A DNA stretch of 62,837 nt from an uncultured bacterium (GTDB lineage: Bacteria > Fermentibacterota > Fermentibacteria > Fermentibacterales > JCC-6), in NCBI GenBank assembly GCA_964604135.1, contig CAZRXU010000003.1, positions 1-62,837 of the forward strand. Direction: 5' to 3'. Every line of letters starts with the position of its first letter. The first letter of the stretch is position 1. Under the pieces are notes generated by a model that was not told the DNA's origin, ran no database searches, and saw only the letters and a program-made list of their open reading frames with translations. Positions 1 through 9,724 of this stretch are shown here, in pieces. The translations under genes and the position numbers were made by a program.

Positions 1-403
1 GTGAGGTAAAAAACCTGAGGGAAGCATCTCCTTTCGTTGCAGGAAGCTGAATCTGGTGTACAGGAATTCTGGAAAACCGGTCACTCTCCTGAAACAGCCG
101 TCTTGTCATGTCGCAGGTGTGCATTCCCACTATGAAGTCTGAGCAGTCTGACTGAATATCTCCCAGCAGCCCCTGCACAAGCGGACAGACATCCTGTCTG
201 ACCAGATTACCGGCAGTATCTCTTTTTTCAACGGAAACATCAACCGGTATTCTGACCGGTCTTATTCCAAGACCGGCCAGAACAGCCGGAGGAAAAGCTC
301 TGCAAACAACAGCTCCGGTATTTAACCCGGTTTTCCGAAGCGAATTAAGATGCGAAAGCTCTTTAAGATAGAGTTCTTGTACAGCTGACGAAAGAGGATG
401 CAT
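1..403 (-). CDS. 2-hydroxyacyl-CoA dehydratase (HgdB/FldC-like) family protein, 5' part only, runs off the window start
   Basis: Not in the ORF track; manual translation from ATG 403 is open to position 1: MHPLSSAVQELYLKEL...FPPAVLAGLGIRPVRIP...RQDVCPLV...HTCDMTRRLF...PVHQIQLP. The P..L.A.G..P, D.C and CD..RR pattern resembles this Fe-S family. ATG directly follows the TAG of the upstream methyltransferase. Confidence 0.6.
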   Translation of the reverse strand, partial: MHPLSSAVQELYLKELSHLNSLRKTGLNTGAVVCRAFPPAVLAGLGIRPVRIPVDVSVEKRDTAGNLVRQDVCPLVQGLLGDIQSDCSDFIVGMHTCDMTRRLFQESDRFSRIPVHQIQLPATKGDASLRFFTS

Positions 404-1204
404 CTACTGTTTAACAGCTACCAGCCTGCCCCGCCCAAACTCTCCGGCTTTAGCCTTCTCAAGCATGAAGGAGAACTCAGTTCCAAGAAAGTTGAATACG
501 TCGTAGTTCCAGTCGAGAATCTGCATTGCATCAAAATGTCTTTGTCCGGCGAGCTGCCCAAGATAACTCTGTATGTGCTCTGCCATTGTATCTGTGAGAT
601 CCACAGATTCAATGATTTTGAATCCATTGTCTGTCAGAAGTGCCTCGTATTCCTTCTGGTTAAGCATATACGGGAATTTCATTGTGTTGCAGATTCTTTC
701 TGAATCCTCTTCACTCATGCCGGAAGGTCCGATAAGCCAGTCTGTAAATGCAATTCTGCCTCCCGGCTTAAGAACCCTGGCTGCTTCCTTTATCAGCTTC
801 TCCTTGTCTTCCACATAGCACCATGTGTCTTCACCCCACACACCGTCAAATCTTTTAGCAGGATATGGAATGTCGGTCACATCACCAAGCTTGATCTCAA
901 TTCTGTCTTCAAAACCATCCGCTGCCACTCTTTGCCTGGCTCTGTCGACCATGTGAGGAGTAGCATCAACGCCGTACGCCCTAACCCCGTAAGTTCTTGC
1001 CAGAAACCGCAGACCTCCGCCTACAGCGCTGCACAAGTCAAGAACTTCTTCATCTTTTTTCCAGCCTGCAGAATCGCCTAAAGCTTTCGAACTGGCAAAA
1101 CCGCCAACGTGAATCTGTTCACCCATAATGAGTTCCCACAGCGCACCTTCAAAACCGCTGTAGACCTCCTGAACATCACTGAGTGTGTTTCCTGTTTTTT
1201 TCAC
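404..1204 (-). CDS. Class I SAM-dependent methyltransferase (sarcosine/dimethylglycine or tocopherol MT-like)
   Basis: Motif I variant VLDLCSAVGGG, GVDAT, GDVTDIPY..FDGVW, RVLKPGGRIAFTDW; GTG start with AAAGGA upstream. Confidence 0.85.
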   Translation of the reverse strand: MKKTGNTLSDVQEVYSGFEGALWELIMGEQIHVGGFASSKALGDSAGWKKDEEVLDLCSAVGGGLRFLARTYGVRAYGVDATPHMVDRARQRVAADGFEDRIEIKLGDVTDIPYPAKRFDGVWGEDTWCYVEDKEKLIKEAARVLKPGGRIAFTDWLIGPSGMSEEDSERICNTMKFPYMLNQKEYEALLTDNGFKIIESVDLTDTMAEHIQSYLGQLAGQRHFDAMQILDWNYDVFNFLGTEFSFMLEKAKAGEFGRGRLVAVKQ

Positions 1205-1577
1205 GATACATCCTTTCGCAGCTCAGGCAATCGCCTGAATTTGGATTGTACCGTCGGGGAACCTGAAAAGAACCGGGGAAATACCGTTCAGAACCTCGAC
1301 GGATTGAAGCCGGAACCGAGCCTCAGCAGTTTCTGTTCGGCGCTCAAACAGAAAACAAAATAACGGAATACCATCCTTCAGCCGATGTAACCCCACAAAG
1401 CATCACATCGGAAATTATAACATATCAAACCTGTAGGAAAACAGGAGATCACAAAACGGTGATTTACGGTGCGGCTAGTAGGGGCTTTTCATCTACCGCG
1501 GAAAACATATATTATTGTTATGCCATACTGGGTTTCTAAGTGGAGAGTTCCCCCACGCCAGTTTGGAGTTGAGTATC

Positions 1578-3626
1578 ATGACTAGAACTGTGTGTGTCTT
1601 GCTGCTGCTGTGCATGACTTCATACGGAGGTCAATTGACTTACCATGTTGATTTCCAGCATGGGAATTCTGTTGAGTACACTCACATGGGCTATTCCAGA
1701 ATTCAGTTTTCCGGTTGTCAGCCCTACGGTCAGCCGGGTGAACCTCTGCTGCCTTCAAGGGTTGTTGCTCTTGTAATTCCATCCGGAGCAGAAAATGTAA
1801 GTGTTTCAGCTGTTGCTGCAAACAAGAGGATTCTGGGCATATCCGGTGTTATACAGCCAGCTGCAGTTCCCAGACCTTTCAGCGCAATGGCTTCTACTCC
1901 GGAAGTTATCCGCGAGGATCAATCCATCTACTCTTCCAATCGGTTCTGGCCGGAAAACCGGGTTCAGAACCTGCGAACAGGCGATAAATCAGGCTTTACC
2001 ATTGTAAGTTTCCTTGTTTATCCCTACCTGTACAACCCTGTTTCCAGAGAACTTGAGTTTTCAGGATCTGTTGATGTCTCGGTGAGCTGGGACGAAAGAG
2101 CCGCCGAAGCTGTTTCTCCATCTCAGGCCGAGTTTGCTGCTGAACAATTGAAAGGCTGGATAAGTAATCCCAGGGATATTCAGTTCTGTACCCCTCTCTC
2201 CCGTGGCTTCGATTCTGTGGACTATCTTGTAATTACTTCCAGCACATACACTTCAATTTTTGAACCGTTTGTTACCTTTAAGAACGGTCAGGGCATTTCC
2301 ACTGAGCTTGTTGACATCGCCAGTATTCTTTCAGGCACAACCGGTTATGATGATCCTGAAAAGCTTCGCAACTATATAATACAAAGACACAGCACCGACG
2401 GAATCAAGTATGTGCTTCTCGCAGGAGATGAAACCGTTGTTCCGGTCAGGATGATTACTCTCTCCTGTGAAGGCTCCACCGATACTGTACCTGTTGATCA
2501 CTACTACAGCGATCTCAACGGTACTTGGGACGCCAACGGTGATCACAACTACGGTCAGACAAATGACTCTCTTGATCTTTACTCTGATATTTCTGTTGGA
2601 AGAGCTCTCTTCGATTCAGTAGATGAGGCCACACTGTTTGTGGAAAGAACCACAATGTATGAAAGCACTGCACCTGCGGGAGACTGGCAGACAACTGCAA
2701 TGCTCTGCGGAGCACTTCTGTTTGGCGATTACACAGGCGCAACAGTCTGCGACTCCATCGCTGCAAATCTTTCCTCCGGGTGGACCTTGAATAAAGCGTA
2801 TGAAACTCCCCGTTCCACCGACGGCTACACAACCCATATTCAGGTTATCAACGATGGCGCCAACTGGGTGCACTATGCCGGTCATGGAAGTGTACAGGGT
2901 GTATACTGGGGATTACCTCCGCAGGACATGATGAGCAACTCCATAGCCGCAGGGCTTGCAAATGGAAGCAAGGCGGGTATTCATCACAGCATTGCCTGTA
3001 TGCCTGGTGCGTTCCACAACGGAGAATCCTGTGCTGAAGCGTTGTGGCACAACGCAAACGGCGGAGCTGTTTCTGTCATGTTCAACACAAGTTACGGATG
3101 GGGTGACCCACCGAATGTTGGAGTAAGTGAGTGGCTGTGTATCTACCTGACAGAAGAGGTTTTTCAGAATGGAAACAATCTTATAGGCTCGGCGTTTGCA
3201 ACCTCCAAAGACCGCCGTGTACCTTTGTGGAATGGCGGTTACGACACTGAGCTCTACTGTATTCTCGACTGGCACGGATTTCATGACCCAACCCTTAAAC
3301 CCCTCACCAGTGTAACCGGAATTGAAGGGGCAGACCCGGAATCATCCCTTTCGCAGACAGTAACACTTGAAGGACCCTTCCCGAATCCTGTTGTTTCCGG
3401 CAGTTCTGTGTTTTTTGCTGCGGGGTTCGCCGGTTCTTCCGGTGATATTTCCATCTACGATGTTTCTGGAAGACAGGTCTGGAGCAAAGCCATTACAGCT
3501 TCCGGCCAGGTATGCTGGGATACTGGCAACAACTCCGGAGGCTGCAGCATTCAGCCTGGTATTTATTTTGCAAGACTGCAATCCGGTTCCGATTCGGCGA
3601 TAAGAAAGCTGATTATTACCAACTGA
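1578..3626 (+). CDS. Gingipain-like C25 cysteine peptidase with propeptide and C-terminal FlgD/T9SS-CTD-like domain
   Basis: Signal peptide from ATG 1578 (MTRTVCVLLLLC); propeptide QPGEPLLP; YVLLAGDE, DHYYSDL, DISVGR; catalytic His in HYAGHGS and Cys in SIACMPG; C-terminal PFPNP...ISIYDVSGRQV...PGIYFARL...KLII. Confidence 0.85.
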   Translation: MTRTVCVLLLLCMTSYGGQLTYHVDFQHGNSVEYTHMGYSRIQFSGCQPYGQPGEPLLPSRVVALVIPSGAENVSVSAVAANKRILGISGVIQPAAVPRPFSAMASTPEVIREDQSIYSSNRFWPENRVQNLRTGDKSGFTIVSFLVYPYLYNPVSRELEFSGSVDVSVSWDERAAEAVSPSQAEFAAEQLKGWISNPRDIQFCTPLSRGFDSVDYLVITSSTYTSIFEPFVTFKNGQGISTELVDIASILSGTTGYDDPEKLRNYIIQRHSTDGIKYVLLAGDETVVPVRMITLSCEGSTDTVPVDHYYSDLNGTWDANGDHNYGQTNDSLDLYSDISVGRALFDSVDEATLFVERTTMYESTAPAGDWQTTAMLCGALLFGDYTGATVCDSIAANLSSGWTLNKAYETPRSTDGYTTHIQVINDGANWVHYAGHGSVQGVYWGLPPQDMMSNSIAAGLANGSKAGIHHSIACMPGAFHNGESCAEALWHNANGGAVSVMFNTSYGWGDPPNVGVSEWLCIYLTEEVFQNGNNLIGSAFATSKDRRVPLWNGGYDTELYCILDWHGFHDPTLKPLTSVTGIEGADPESSLSQTVTLEGPFPNPVVSGSSVFFAAGFAGSSGDISIYDVSGRQVWSKAITASGQVCWDTGNNSGGCSIQPGIYFARLQSGSDSAIRKLIITN

Positions 3627-3678
3627 GCAGTATGCTTACAGACAGAGTTGCATGTTCCGGCTGCTAACGGAAATGTAA

Positions 3679-3713
3679 GGGCAGGGGAGCTTCTCGGTTC
3701 TCCTGCCTCTTTC
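3679..3713 (+). terminator. Probable intrinsic terminator after the C25 gene
   Basis: GCAGGGGAGC-TTCTCG-GTTCTCCTGC stem (with G-U pairs) followed by CTCTTTC. Confidence 0.55.
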
Positions 3714-3754
3714 ATAGCTTATGATTCTGCCTGCACCTTGAAAACTCAGTACTT

Positions 3755-6700
3755 ATGTCGGTTACTTTCAGTATGGAATACATCATCATGTTCGTGGCAT
3801 TTCTCTGCAATACCCCCGTTGTAACCGAGGTCTGCTCGAACCCTGTTAACGAAACAACAGGAGAGTTTGTTGAACTGTACAACGATTCCACAGATTCTCT
3901 CGATGTTTCCGGGTACTGCATTACCGATGGAGATGCTCTTGACGATTTACTCCCCTGGACCGGAGCGTTTCCCCAGAGCGATGTAATCACAGGAACCACC
4001 ATTGTTCCGCCGGAAGGGTTTGCTGTTCTTCTGGAAGAAGACTACCCGCTTGACCCCTGGCTTGTATTCCCGGCTGGAACACTGATACTCACCACAGGCG
4101 ATCACTCGATCTGTAACGGCCTTGCTGCGGCATCCGACCCTTTAACACTGTATCTTCCGTCTGGAACAGCGCAGGCCGATGCTGTTTCCAGCTTCGGAAC
4201 GCCTTTTAAATCCGATGACTGGCACAACTGCGATGACGACGGCCTCGATTCCATTCCATTCAACCCAGGAGAAGCACAGTCCCTGGGAAGGTACCCCATA
4301 AGCGGTGCCGACTGCGAAGCAAACTGGTACGCTGGGGAGCCCACACCCGGTCTTCCAACTGACACACCTCCAGACACATTTGTAATCACAGTAGATTCGC
4401 TGTTTCTTTCACAAACCGATCCCGCACCGGGCTCAACTGTTCAGCTTACAGCACTGGTTTCCTGCCGGGGCACTGTTTCACCAGATACCGGCCAGGTGAT
4501 TCTGTTTATAGACGCAGACGGAGACTCGATTGCCCAGTGGGAAGAAGTTCTTTTCACCTGCCCTGCCGGAAACCTGAATCCCGGTGAAACAGATACTCTT
4601 CAGGTGCTTTTCTCGGCCCCTGATACCGGCTGGTACCCTGCTGTTTGCTCTGCACCTGGAACTTCCGTCAGAGTACATTTCTCAACTGGAGGTGGCGTAA
4701 ATCCGGTGATTACAGAGGTTATGGCTAACCCACTCAACGAAGATCAGGAAGAGTTCATTGAGGTTTTCTACATGGGGCCTGGAGTTTTCCCCCTTGCCGG
4801 ATGCAGTTTTACAGACGGTGATGCTGTAGATATTGTTGTTGCCCTGGATGGGCCCAGGTATATAGCGGCAGGTCAGACAGCACTTATTATTGACCCGGAG
4901 TATCAGGGCACCCTTGAAATTCCCCCGGGAACGCCCCTGTTCACGCCAGCAAACACAACCCTGGGCAACGGTCTTACAACTGATGACCCGGTTCTTCTGT
5001 ACCTTCCAGGCGATCCGTCGCTGTCACTGCTTCTGTCCACTTCCGGAACTCCCCTTCTTTACGATGACCCTCTGATGTGCGACGATGATGGCCTCGACAG
5101 TATTCCCTTCAACCCAGGAGACGGCTGTTCCATGCAACGTGTTACCTCCGATGGGCCTGACGCTGAATTCAACTGGATCGCCTCACCCCCAGGAGGCACA
5201 CCGGGAGTTTATGAAGAAAACCAGGGCTGGTCAGACCTGAGCACAGACACCATCTGGGTCGACAGTGCTGTTTCAGCAGTGTTCAGCAACTGCGGTTCTC
5301 TTGACGCACAGGGTCTTTGCTCGTTCTTCTTCGACCTCGACGGTGATCTGCAGCCTTCAGCCGGTGAAACAGTTCACCAGTGTACACTAACACTGGCAGC
5401 CGGTGAAAGCGATACTGTAACTGCAGTGGTATCTCTGCCTGACAGTGGTCTTTTTGTTGCTGCAGCCACCATACAAAACTCTGCCGATACTGTTGTGTCA
5501 AACAACACACAGCACTGTTTGTTTCTGCCATACAATCCGGCGTGGCCTGTGATAACCGAAGTTCTGTGCAGCCCTTCCAACCAGGACTGCGATGAATTTG
5601 TAGAACTGTTCTTTCCCGGGCCAGGGCTTGCAGACCTAAGCGTCTTTGTGCTAACAGACAATGATTCTCAAGACAATCTTGTTCCTGAAACCACAGCTTT
5701 CCTCACTCCCGGAGGCTATGCGCTCGTACTCGATCCGGAGTACAACAGTGGAAGTATGCCTTACGATATTCCTCCGGAAACGGTTATCCTCTACCCCGCC
5801 AACACCACTATTGGAGACGGTCTCTCCGGCAACGATCCGGTACTTCTTTTTTATGATACACTGTGCGTATCCACGTACGGAACCCCCGGAAACCCGGCAG
5901 ACAGCATCCCTTACAATCCCGGCACCGACCTAAGCGTGGAAAGAATTCTGCCCAGGCTTCCCGATCTGGAAAACAACTGGTTCACTTCGCAGTGGGGTCC
6001 AACCCCGGGAGCGCCTCCGGAAGCTGTTACTGAAGGTGTTGATTACGCAGTTGTCTCTACATCAGTCAATCCTCCCATGGGCGAGGAAACCACACAGGCA
6101 ACAATTGAAGTAGATATTACAAGTACCGGTACAGATACTGTTTCACAGGGCAGCCTCACGGTCAGAATATCCATCGATGACGATGAAATCTGCAGTTTTT
6201 CTCCACCTCCTCCTGCCATGGGAGACACGCTTGCACTGCACACCGTCTGGCAGGGAACGGCTGAGGAATCGGTGGTAACAGGCAACCTGCAGTGTGCTTT
6301 GGATGTAAACCAGTCTAACAACACATCGCTTACAGTCTGGAATCCCCCGGCAACTGTATGTGTCAATGAAATTTTCTACAGTGAAACCGAGTGGCTTGAA
6401 CTGTTCAACAGTACACAAAATGTTGTTTCTCTCACTGGGTTCACCATCTCCGACCCAGCCACATCTTCACCTCTTCCCGATGAACAGCTTGCTCCCGGGA
6501 AGTACATTGTTCTTACAGCAGACCAGGAAGAGTTTCAGAATCGCTGGGGCAGCGTTACCTGCCCGGTCTTTGAACTTGACCAATGGCCCACACTCAACAA
6601 TTCAGGAGACACACTAACACTTATAGATGGTTCTCAAGTGGTTGATATGGTTCCCTACACCAGCCAGTGGGGAGGTAACTCCGGTGCAAGCCTTGAAAGA

Positions 6701-7090
6701 CGCAGCTGCAGTGTATACGGATTTATCGAGAACAACTGGGGCACATCAATCTGCAGTGGAACTCCAGGGGCTGAAAACAGTATTGGCTCCGTTTCATCCG
6801 GTGAGTTTCTAACACTGATACCAACAGTTTTCAACCCGCCTGACACTCCTCTGCGAATTGAGGTGAATCTGCCCATGCAGGCATGCAATGTTACTGTGAA
6901 AGTCTTTGATGTACGGGGAATGCAGATCGAGAAACTGTATTCCGCCATCTCTCCAGGTGAACTACTTGTTCTGGAATGGTCCGGAAACAGTTTTCCAGTT
7001 GGCAGATACATTGTCTTTGCTGAAGCGGTTTGCGCTGGTGAAAGAATCAGCGACGCACAGGTTGTGGTGCTTGCAAGGCAACTTAACTGA
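3755..7090 (+). CDS. Large secreted protein with ~4 lamin-tail (LTD) domains, CARDB/Ig-like segments and a C-terminal FlgD-like domain
   Basis: Repeated ITEV..NP...EF[VI]ELY / CVNEIFY...EWLELFN and [TI]DGD LTD motifs; repeats DDDGLDSIPFNPG (x2) and ADSIPYNPG; SLER, W....TPG..N; C-terminal VKVFDVRG..I..L...W.G...GRYIV. Confidence 0.7.
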   Translation: MSVTFSMEYIIMFVAFLCNTPVVTEVCSNPVNETTGEFVELYNDSTDSLDVSGYCITDGDALDDLLPWTGAFPQSDVITGTTIVPPEGFAVLLEEDYPLDPWLVFPAGTLILTTGDHSICNGLAAASDPLTLYLPSGTAQADAVSSFGTPFKSDDWHNCDDDGLDSIPFNPGEAQSLGRYPISGADCEANWYAGEPTPGLPTDTPPDTFVITVDSLFLSQTDPAPGSTVQLTALVSCRGTVSPDTGQVILFIDADGDSIAQWEEVLFTCPAGNLNPGETDTLQVLFSAPDTGWYPAVCSAPGTSVRVHFSTGGGVNPVITEVMANPLNEDQEEFIEVFYMGPGVFPLAGCSFTDGDAVDIVVALDGPRYIAAGQTALIIDPEYQGTLEIPPGTPLFTPANTTLGNGLTTDDPVLLYLPGDPSLSLLLSTSGTPLLYDDPLMCDDDGLDSIPFNPGDGCSMQRVTSDGPDAEFNWIASPPGGTPGVYEENQGWSDLSTDTIWVDSAVSAVFSNCGSLDAQGLCSFFFDLDGDLQPSAGETVHQCTLTLAAGESDTVTAVVSLPDSGLFVAAATIQNSADTVVSNNTQHCLFLPYNPAWPVITEVLCSPSNQDCDEFVELFFPGPGLADLSVFVLTDNDSQDNLVPETTAFLTPGGYALVLDPEYNSGSMPYDIPPETVILYPANTTIGDGLSGNDPVLLFYDTLCVSTYGTPGNPADSIPYNPGTDLSVERILPRLPDLENNWFTSQWGPTPGAPPEAVTEGVDYAVVSTSVNPPMGEETTQATIEVDITSTGTDTVSQGSLTVRISIDDDEICSFSPPPPAMGDTLALHTVWQGTAEESVVTGNLQCALDVNQSNNTSLTVWNPPATVCVNEIFYSETEWLELFNSTQNVVSLTGFTISDPATSSPLPDEQLAPGKYIVLTADQEEFQNRWGSVTCPVFELDQWPTLNNSGDTLTLIDGSQVVDMVPYTSQWGGNSGASLERRSCSVYGFIENNWGTSICSGTPGAENSIGSVSSGEFLTLIPTVFNPPDTPLRIEVNLPMQACNVTVKVFDVRGMQIEKLYSAISPGELLVLEWSGNSFPVGRYIVFAEAVCAGERISDAQVVVLARQLN

Positions 7091-7094
7091 CTGG

Positions 7095-7325
7095 TCAGCT
7101 CTTCAAAGCAGCTATTTTTTCATCCAGTTCTCTTAGTATTTTTCCGATATTGAGATGCCCGGCAATCTTCCTTGCCCTGATATAAAGCTCCAGTGCTCTT
7201 CCGGTATCACCTGTTTTTTCAAATATTTCACCGCCGGCAACAAAAGACTCCCTTGAGTTGCCGGTTCCACCAATTGCTCCGGAGCCTTGTTCAGCTCCAA
7301 CAGTGCAGGAATCAGATTTTCGCTC
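7095..7325 (-). pseudogene. Start-less 76-codon open frame with a TPR-like C-terminus (remnant or non-canonical gene)
   Basis: Open frame ...SRESFVAGGEIFEKTGDTGRALELYIRARKIAGHLNIGKILRELDEKIAALKS* with no in-frame ATG/GTG and no TTG until three codons before the stop; bounded upstream by TAA at 7326-7328. Confidence 0.35.
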
Positions 7326-8262
7326 TTAGCTTCTCCAACATGTCAGCAGTCATGTTTTCAAGGTTCCATTCCGGCTTCCAGCCCCATTCGGTTCTTGCTG
7401 CAGAATCATCAATTGTGGCTGGCCAGGTATCAGCTATTGCCTGACGGAAATCCGGCTTGTATGTAACTTCAAAACCAGGTATGTGTTTCTTTATCTCCGC
7501 AGCCAGTTCTCCTGCGGTAAACGAGAGAGCAGCAAGGTTGTATTCACAGCTGTGAACAAGTGAGCTTCTGTCGGCTTCGGTAAGATCAATGGTAGCTTTG
7601 ATACAGTCGGGCATGTACATCATGGGAAGTTTTGTGTCCTTTTTTACAAAACATGTGTAGCTGCCTTTTTCAACTGCCTTGTAAAATATATCAACGGCGT
7701 AATCTGTCGTACCACCACCTGGAAGTGTTTCAGAGCTTATTATACCCGGGTAGCGAACACCGCGTATATCAGCTCCAAACTTCTTCACATAGTAATCTCC
7801 AAGAAGCTCTCCACATACCTTTGTAACACCGTACATGGTTCTGGGCCTGAGAATTGTTTCCTGAGGTGTGTTGAATCTGGGGGTTTCAGGCCCGAATGCT
7901 GCGATGGAACTGGGAATCATTACTGTTCCCAGACCAAGTTCAACCGCAGCATCCATTATGTTTATGGAACCGTTCATGTTCACGTTCCAGCACAGAGCCG
8001 GGTGTTTTTCTCCTGTGGCACTTAAAACTGCAGCCATGTGGTAAACTGTGTTTATATCGTATTCTTTAAGCATGCTGAAAACAGCTGATCTGTCGGTTAC
8101 GTCAAGAGTGTCGCATGGTCCTGATTCCGCAAGAATTCCCTCCGGCTTCCGAATATCCGTTGCAACCACACTATCTGAACCGTATTTTCTTCTCAACTCC
8201 CCTGTTAGTTCGCTGCCTATCTGACCCATTGCACCAGTAACAAGCACTTTCTTCTGTGTCAT
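7312..8262 (-). CDS. tdh: L-threonine 3-dehydrogenase, SDR/epimerase type
   Basis: VLVTGAMGQIGSEL, HMAAVLSATGE, PSSIAAFG, YGVTK (YxxxK), PGGGTTDYAVDIF, FRQAIADTWP, ARTEWGWKP; kbl lies nearby. Confidence 0.85.
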   Translation of the reverse strand: MTQKKVLVTGAMGQIGSELTGELRRKYGSDSVVATDIRKPEGILAESGPCDTLDVTDRSAVFSMLKEYDINTVYHMAAVLSATGEKHPALCWNVNMNGSINIMDAAVELGLGTVMIPSSIAAFGPETPRFNTPQETILRPRTMYGVTKVCGELLGDYYVKKFGADIRGVRYPGIISSETLPGGGTTDYAVDIFYKAVEKGSYTCFVKKDTKLPMMYMPDCIKATIDLTEADRSSLVHSCEYNLAALSFTAGELAAEIKKHIPGFEVTYKPDFRQAIADTWPATIDDSAARTEWGWKPEWNLENMTADMLEKLRAKI

Positions 8263-8309
8263 GTAAAATTCTCCGATGAGGTAGTTAATAGTGTATCGTC
8301 ACGGCAATT

Positions 8310-9632
8310 CTAAGAACTTACACTGCGAATTTCAAGTATCCTTGTACCAACTTCTATTTCGTCAAGTTCTGTGGTGTTTTCCACCACCGCAAATACCGTG
8401 TATCGGCAGTCCAGCCGTCTCTGACTGTCAAGCATGATGAAAAACTGACTTCCTGCAGTACCCGGACCTGAATCGGCCATACCAACAACTCCCCGCAGGT
8501 AAGCTTCGGTGTTGTTTTCAGCCGGTACCGTGTAGCCAGGTCCTCCATAACCGTTGCCTTCCGGGCAGCCTGCCTGGGCAACAAATCCAGGAATTACGCG
8601 ATGAAAGTAGATTCCGTCATAAAACCCCTTTTCCGCAAGGTACCAGAAACTCCTGCAGGTTTGCGGTGCCTGCTGTTTCAGAAGTGTCATTGTAAAATTT
8701 CCTGCATCGGTAACCAGCACAAGGCGGTCAGGCACTTCCTGCAAAGCAGGTACTTCCTCGGGAAGGCTTCCCTCGTCCGGCATTGCGAAGCTTCTTCCAG
8801 TGGCATCTGCTGTTATCGCCCTGACCATCAGGTAATCATCCCTGAGCAGATAATCAACTTTCGAATAGGGAACAGTCCACCCCAGGTCCAGAAGAGTCAG
8901 AAGAGCTGATGCCCGTTTTGCGGGGTCACTGCTGTTGAACAGAGTATCTTCCAGTATTGGAACCTGCCCCACTCCCGCCAGAGACATGTGCCCCAGAGGG
9001 CCGTCTGCCGAAGCCATTTCAAGAAGCATGTCATCACGACCAGCTGCAAGCGCCGCATTCATTCTTACATAGGGTGAGGGGTCATCAAGCATATCGAAAG
9101 CAGCACCAGGATTTTTCTGAAGAACTGCATTCCTCACAGCCCAGCAGGGATCTTCAATAAAGTCAAGAACCTGATCCTGAGGAAGAGACATAGTGTAGTA
9201 ATAACGCTGCAGATCCGTGAGATTCCCTGTATTCACGTCAGGAACAGTACTGCCTGTTTCCGAACAGTAACGAAGAATGGAAGTGAGGTTTTCGCTGGAA
9301 ACAGCATCCTCTGGTACACTGAGCCCGGTTCTTCCTGCATACTCTCTCCAGAGATTCCTTGTTTCCGTATCCAGGGAAGTCCAGTTTTCTGTAACATAAT
9401 TCGCAAGGCTGCTGACAGGTTCAGGCTGAAGCTGGAAAGCCATTCTGTGAAACTGCCTCAGAATAGCAGCTTCCACAAGAGAAGGGCTTTCAGGTACAAG
9501 AAACCGATCGCCATACTCCATAAGTATAGCTTCCTGAGCAACAGGGAACGGATGTTCCTTCAGCATTGCGTCAAGGGCCTCACCAGACGACGGAACAACG
9601 GACAACATAGTAATAACTGCAGCACAAATCAT
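8310..9632 (-). CDS. HEAT-repeat plus cyclophilin-type peptidyl-prolyl isomerase
   Basis: C-terminal FYDGIYFHRVIPGFVAQAGCPEGNGYGGPGY, GVVGMADSG..TAGSQFFI; HEAT-like DPCWAVR, DPSPYVR, DDYLMVR repeats; N-terminal signal-like segment. Confidence 0.8.
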   Translation of the reverse strand: MICAAVITMLSVVPSSGEALDAMLKEHPFPVAQEAILMEYGDRFLVPESPSLVEAAILRQFHRMAFQLQPEPVSSLANYVTENWTSLDTETRNLWREYAGRTGLSVPEDAVSSENLTSILRYCSETGSTVPDVNTGNLTDLQRYYYTMSLPQDQVLDFIEDPCWAVRNAVLQKNPGAAFDMLDDPSPYVRMNAALAAGRDDMLLEMASADGPLGHMSLAGVGQVPILEDTLFNSSDPAKRASALLTLLDLGWTVPYSKVDYLLRDDYLMVRAITADATGRSFAMPDEGSLPEEVPALQEVPDRLVLVTDAGNFTMTLLKQQAPQTCRSFWYLAEKGFYDGIYFHRVIPGFVAQAGCPEGNGYGGPGYTVPAENNTEAYLRGVVGMADSGPGTAGSQFFIMLDSQRRLDCRYTVFAVVENTTELDEIEVGTRILEIRSVSS

Positions 9633-9724
9633 GTCTTCCTCCAGATTGAATGCGGTTCACCGAGAAGTAAACTATAATTCATGTTCGGTGGAATCGCCGG
9701 GTAATAAGAACTGGAAAGGTTAAC

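Noticed and set aside
7290-7314. Selenocysteine or stop read-through of the tdh TGA
   Set aside because: Another in-frame TGA follows after six codons, so read-through cannot reach the TPR-like frame.
9633-9724. TPP riboswitch upstream of thiC
   Set aside because: The gap is short and lacks the conserved CUGAGA and CCUGA/UAAUG elements.
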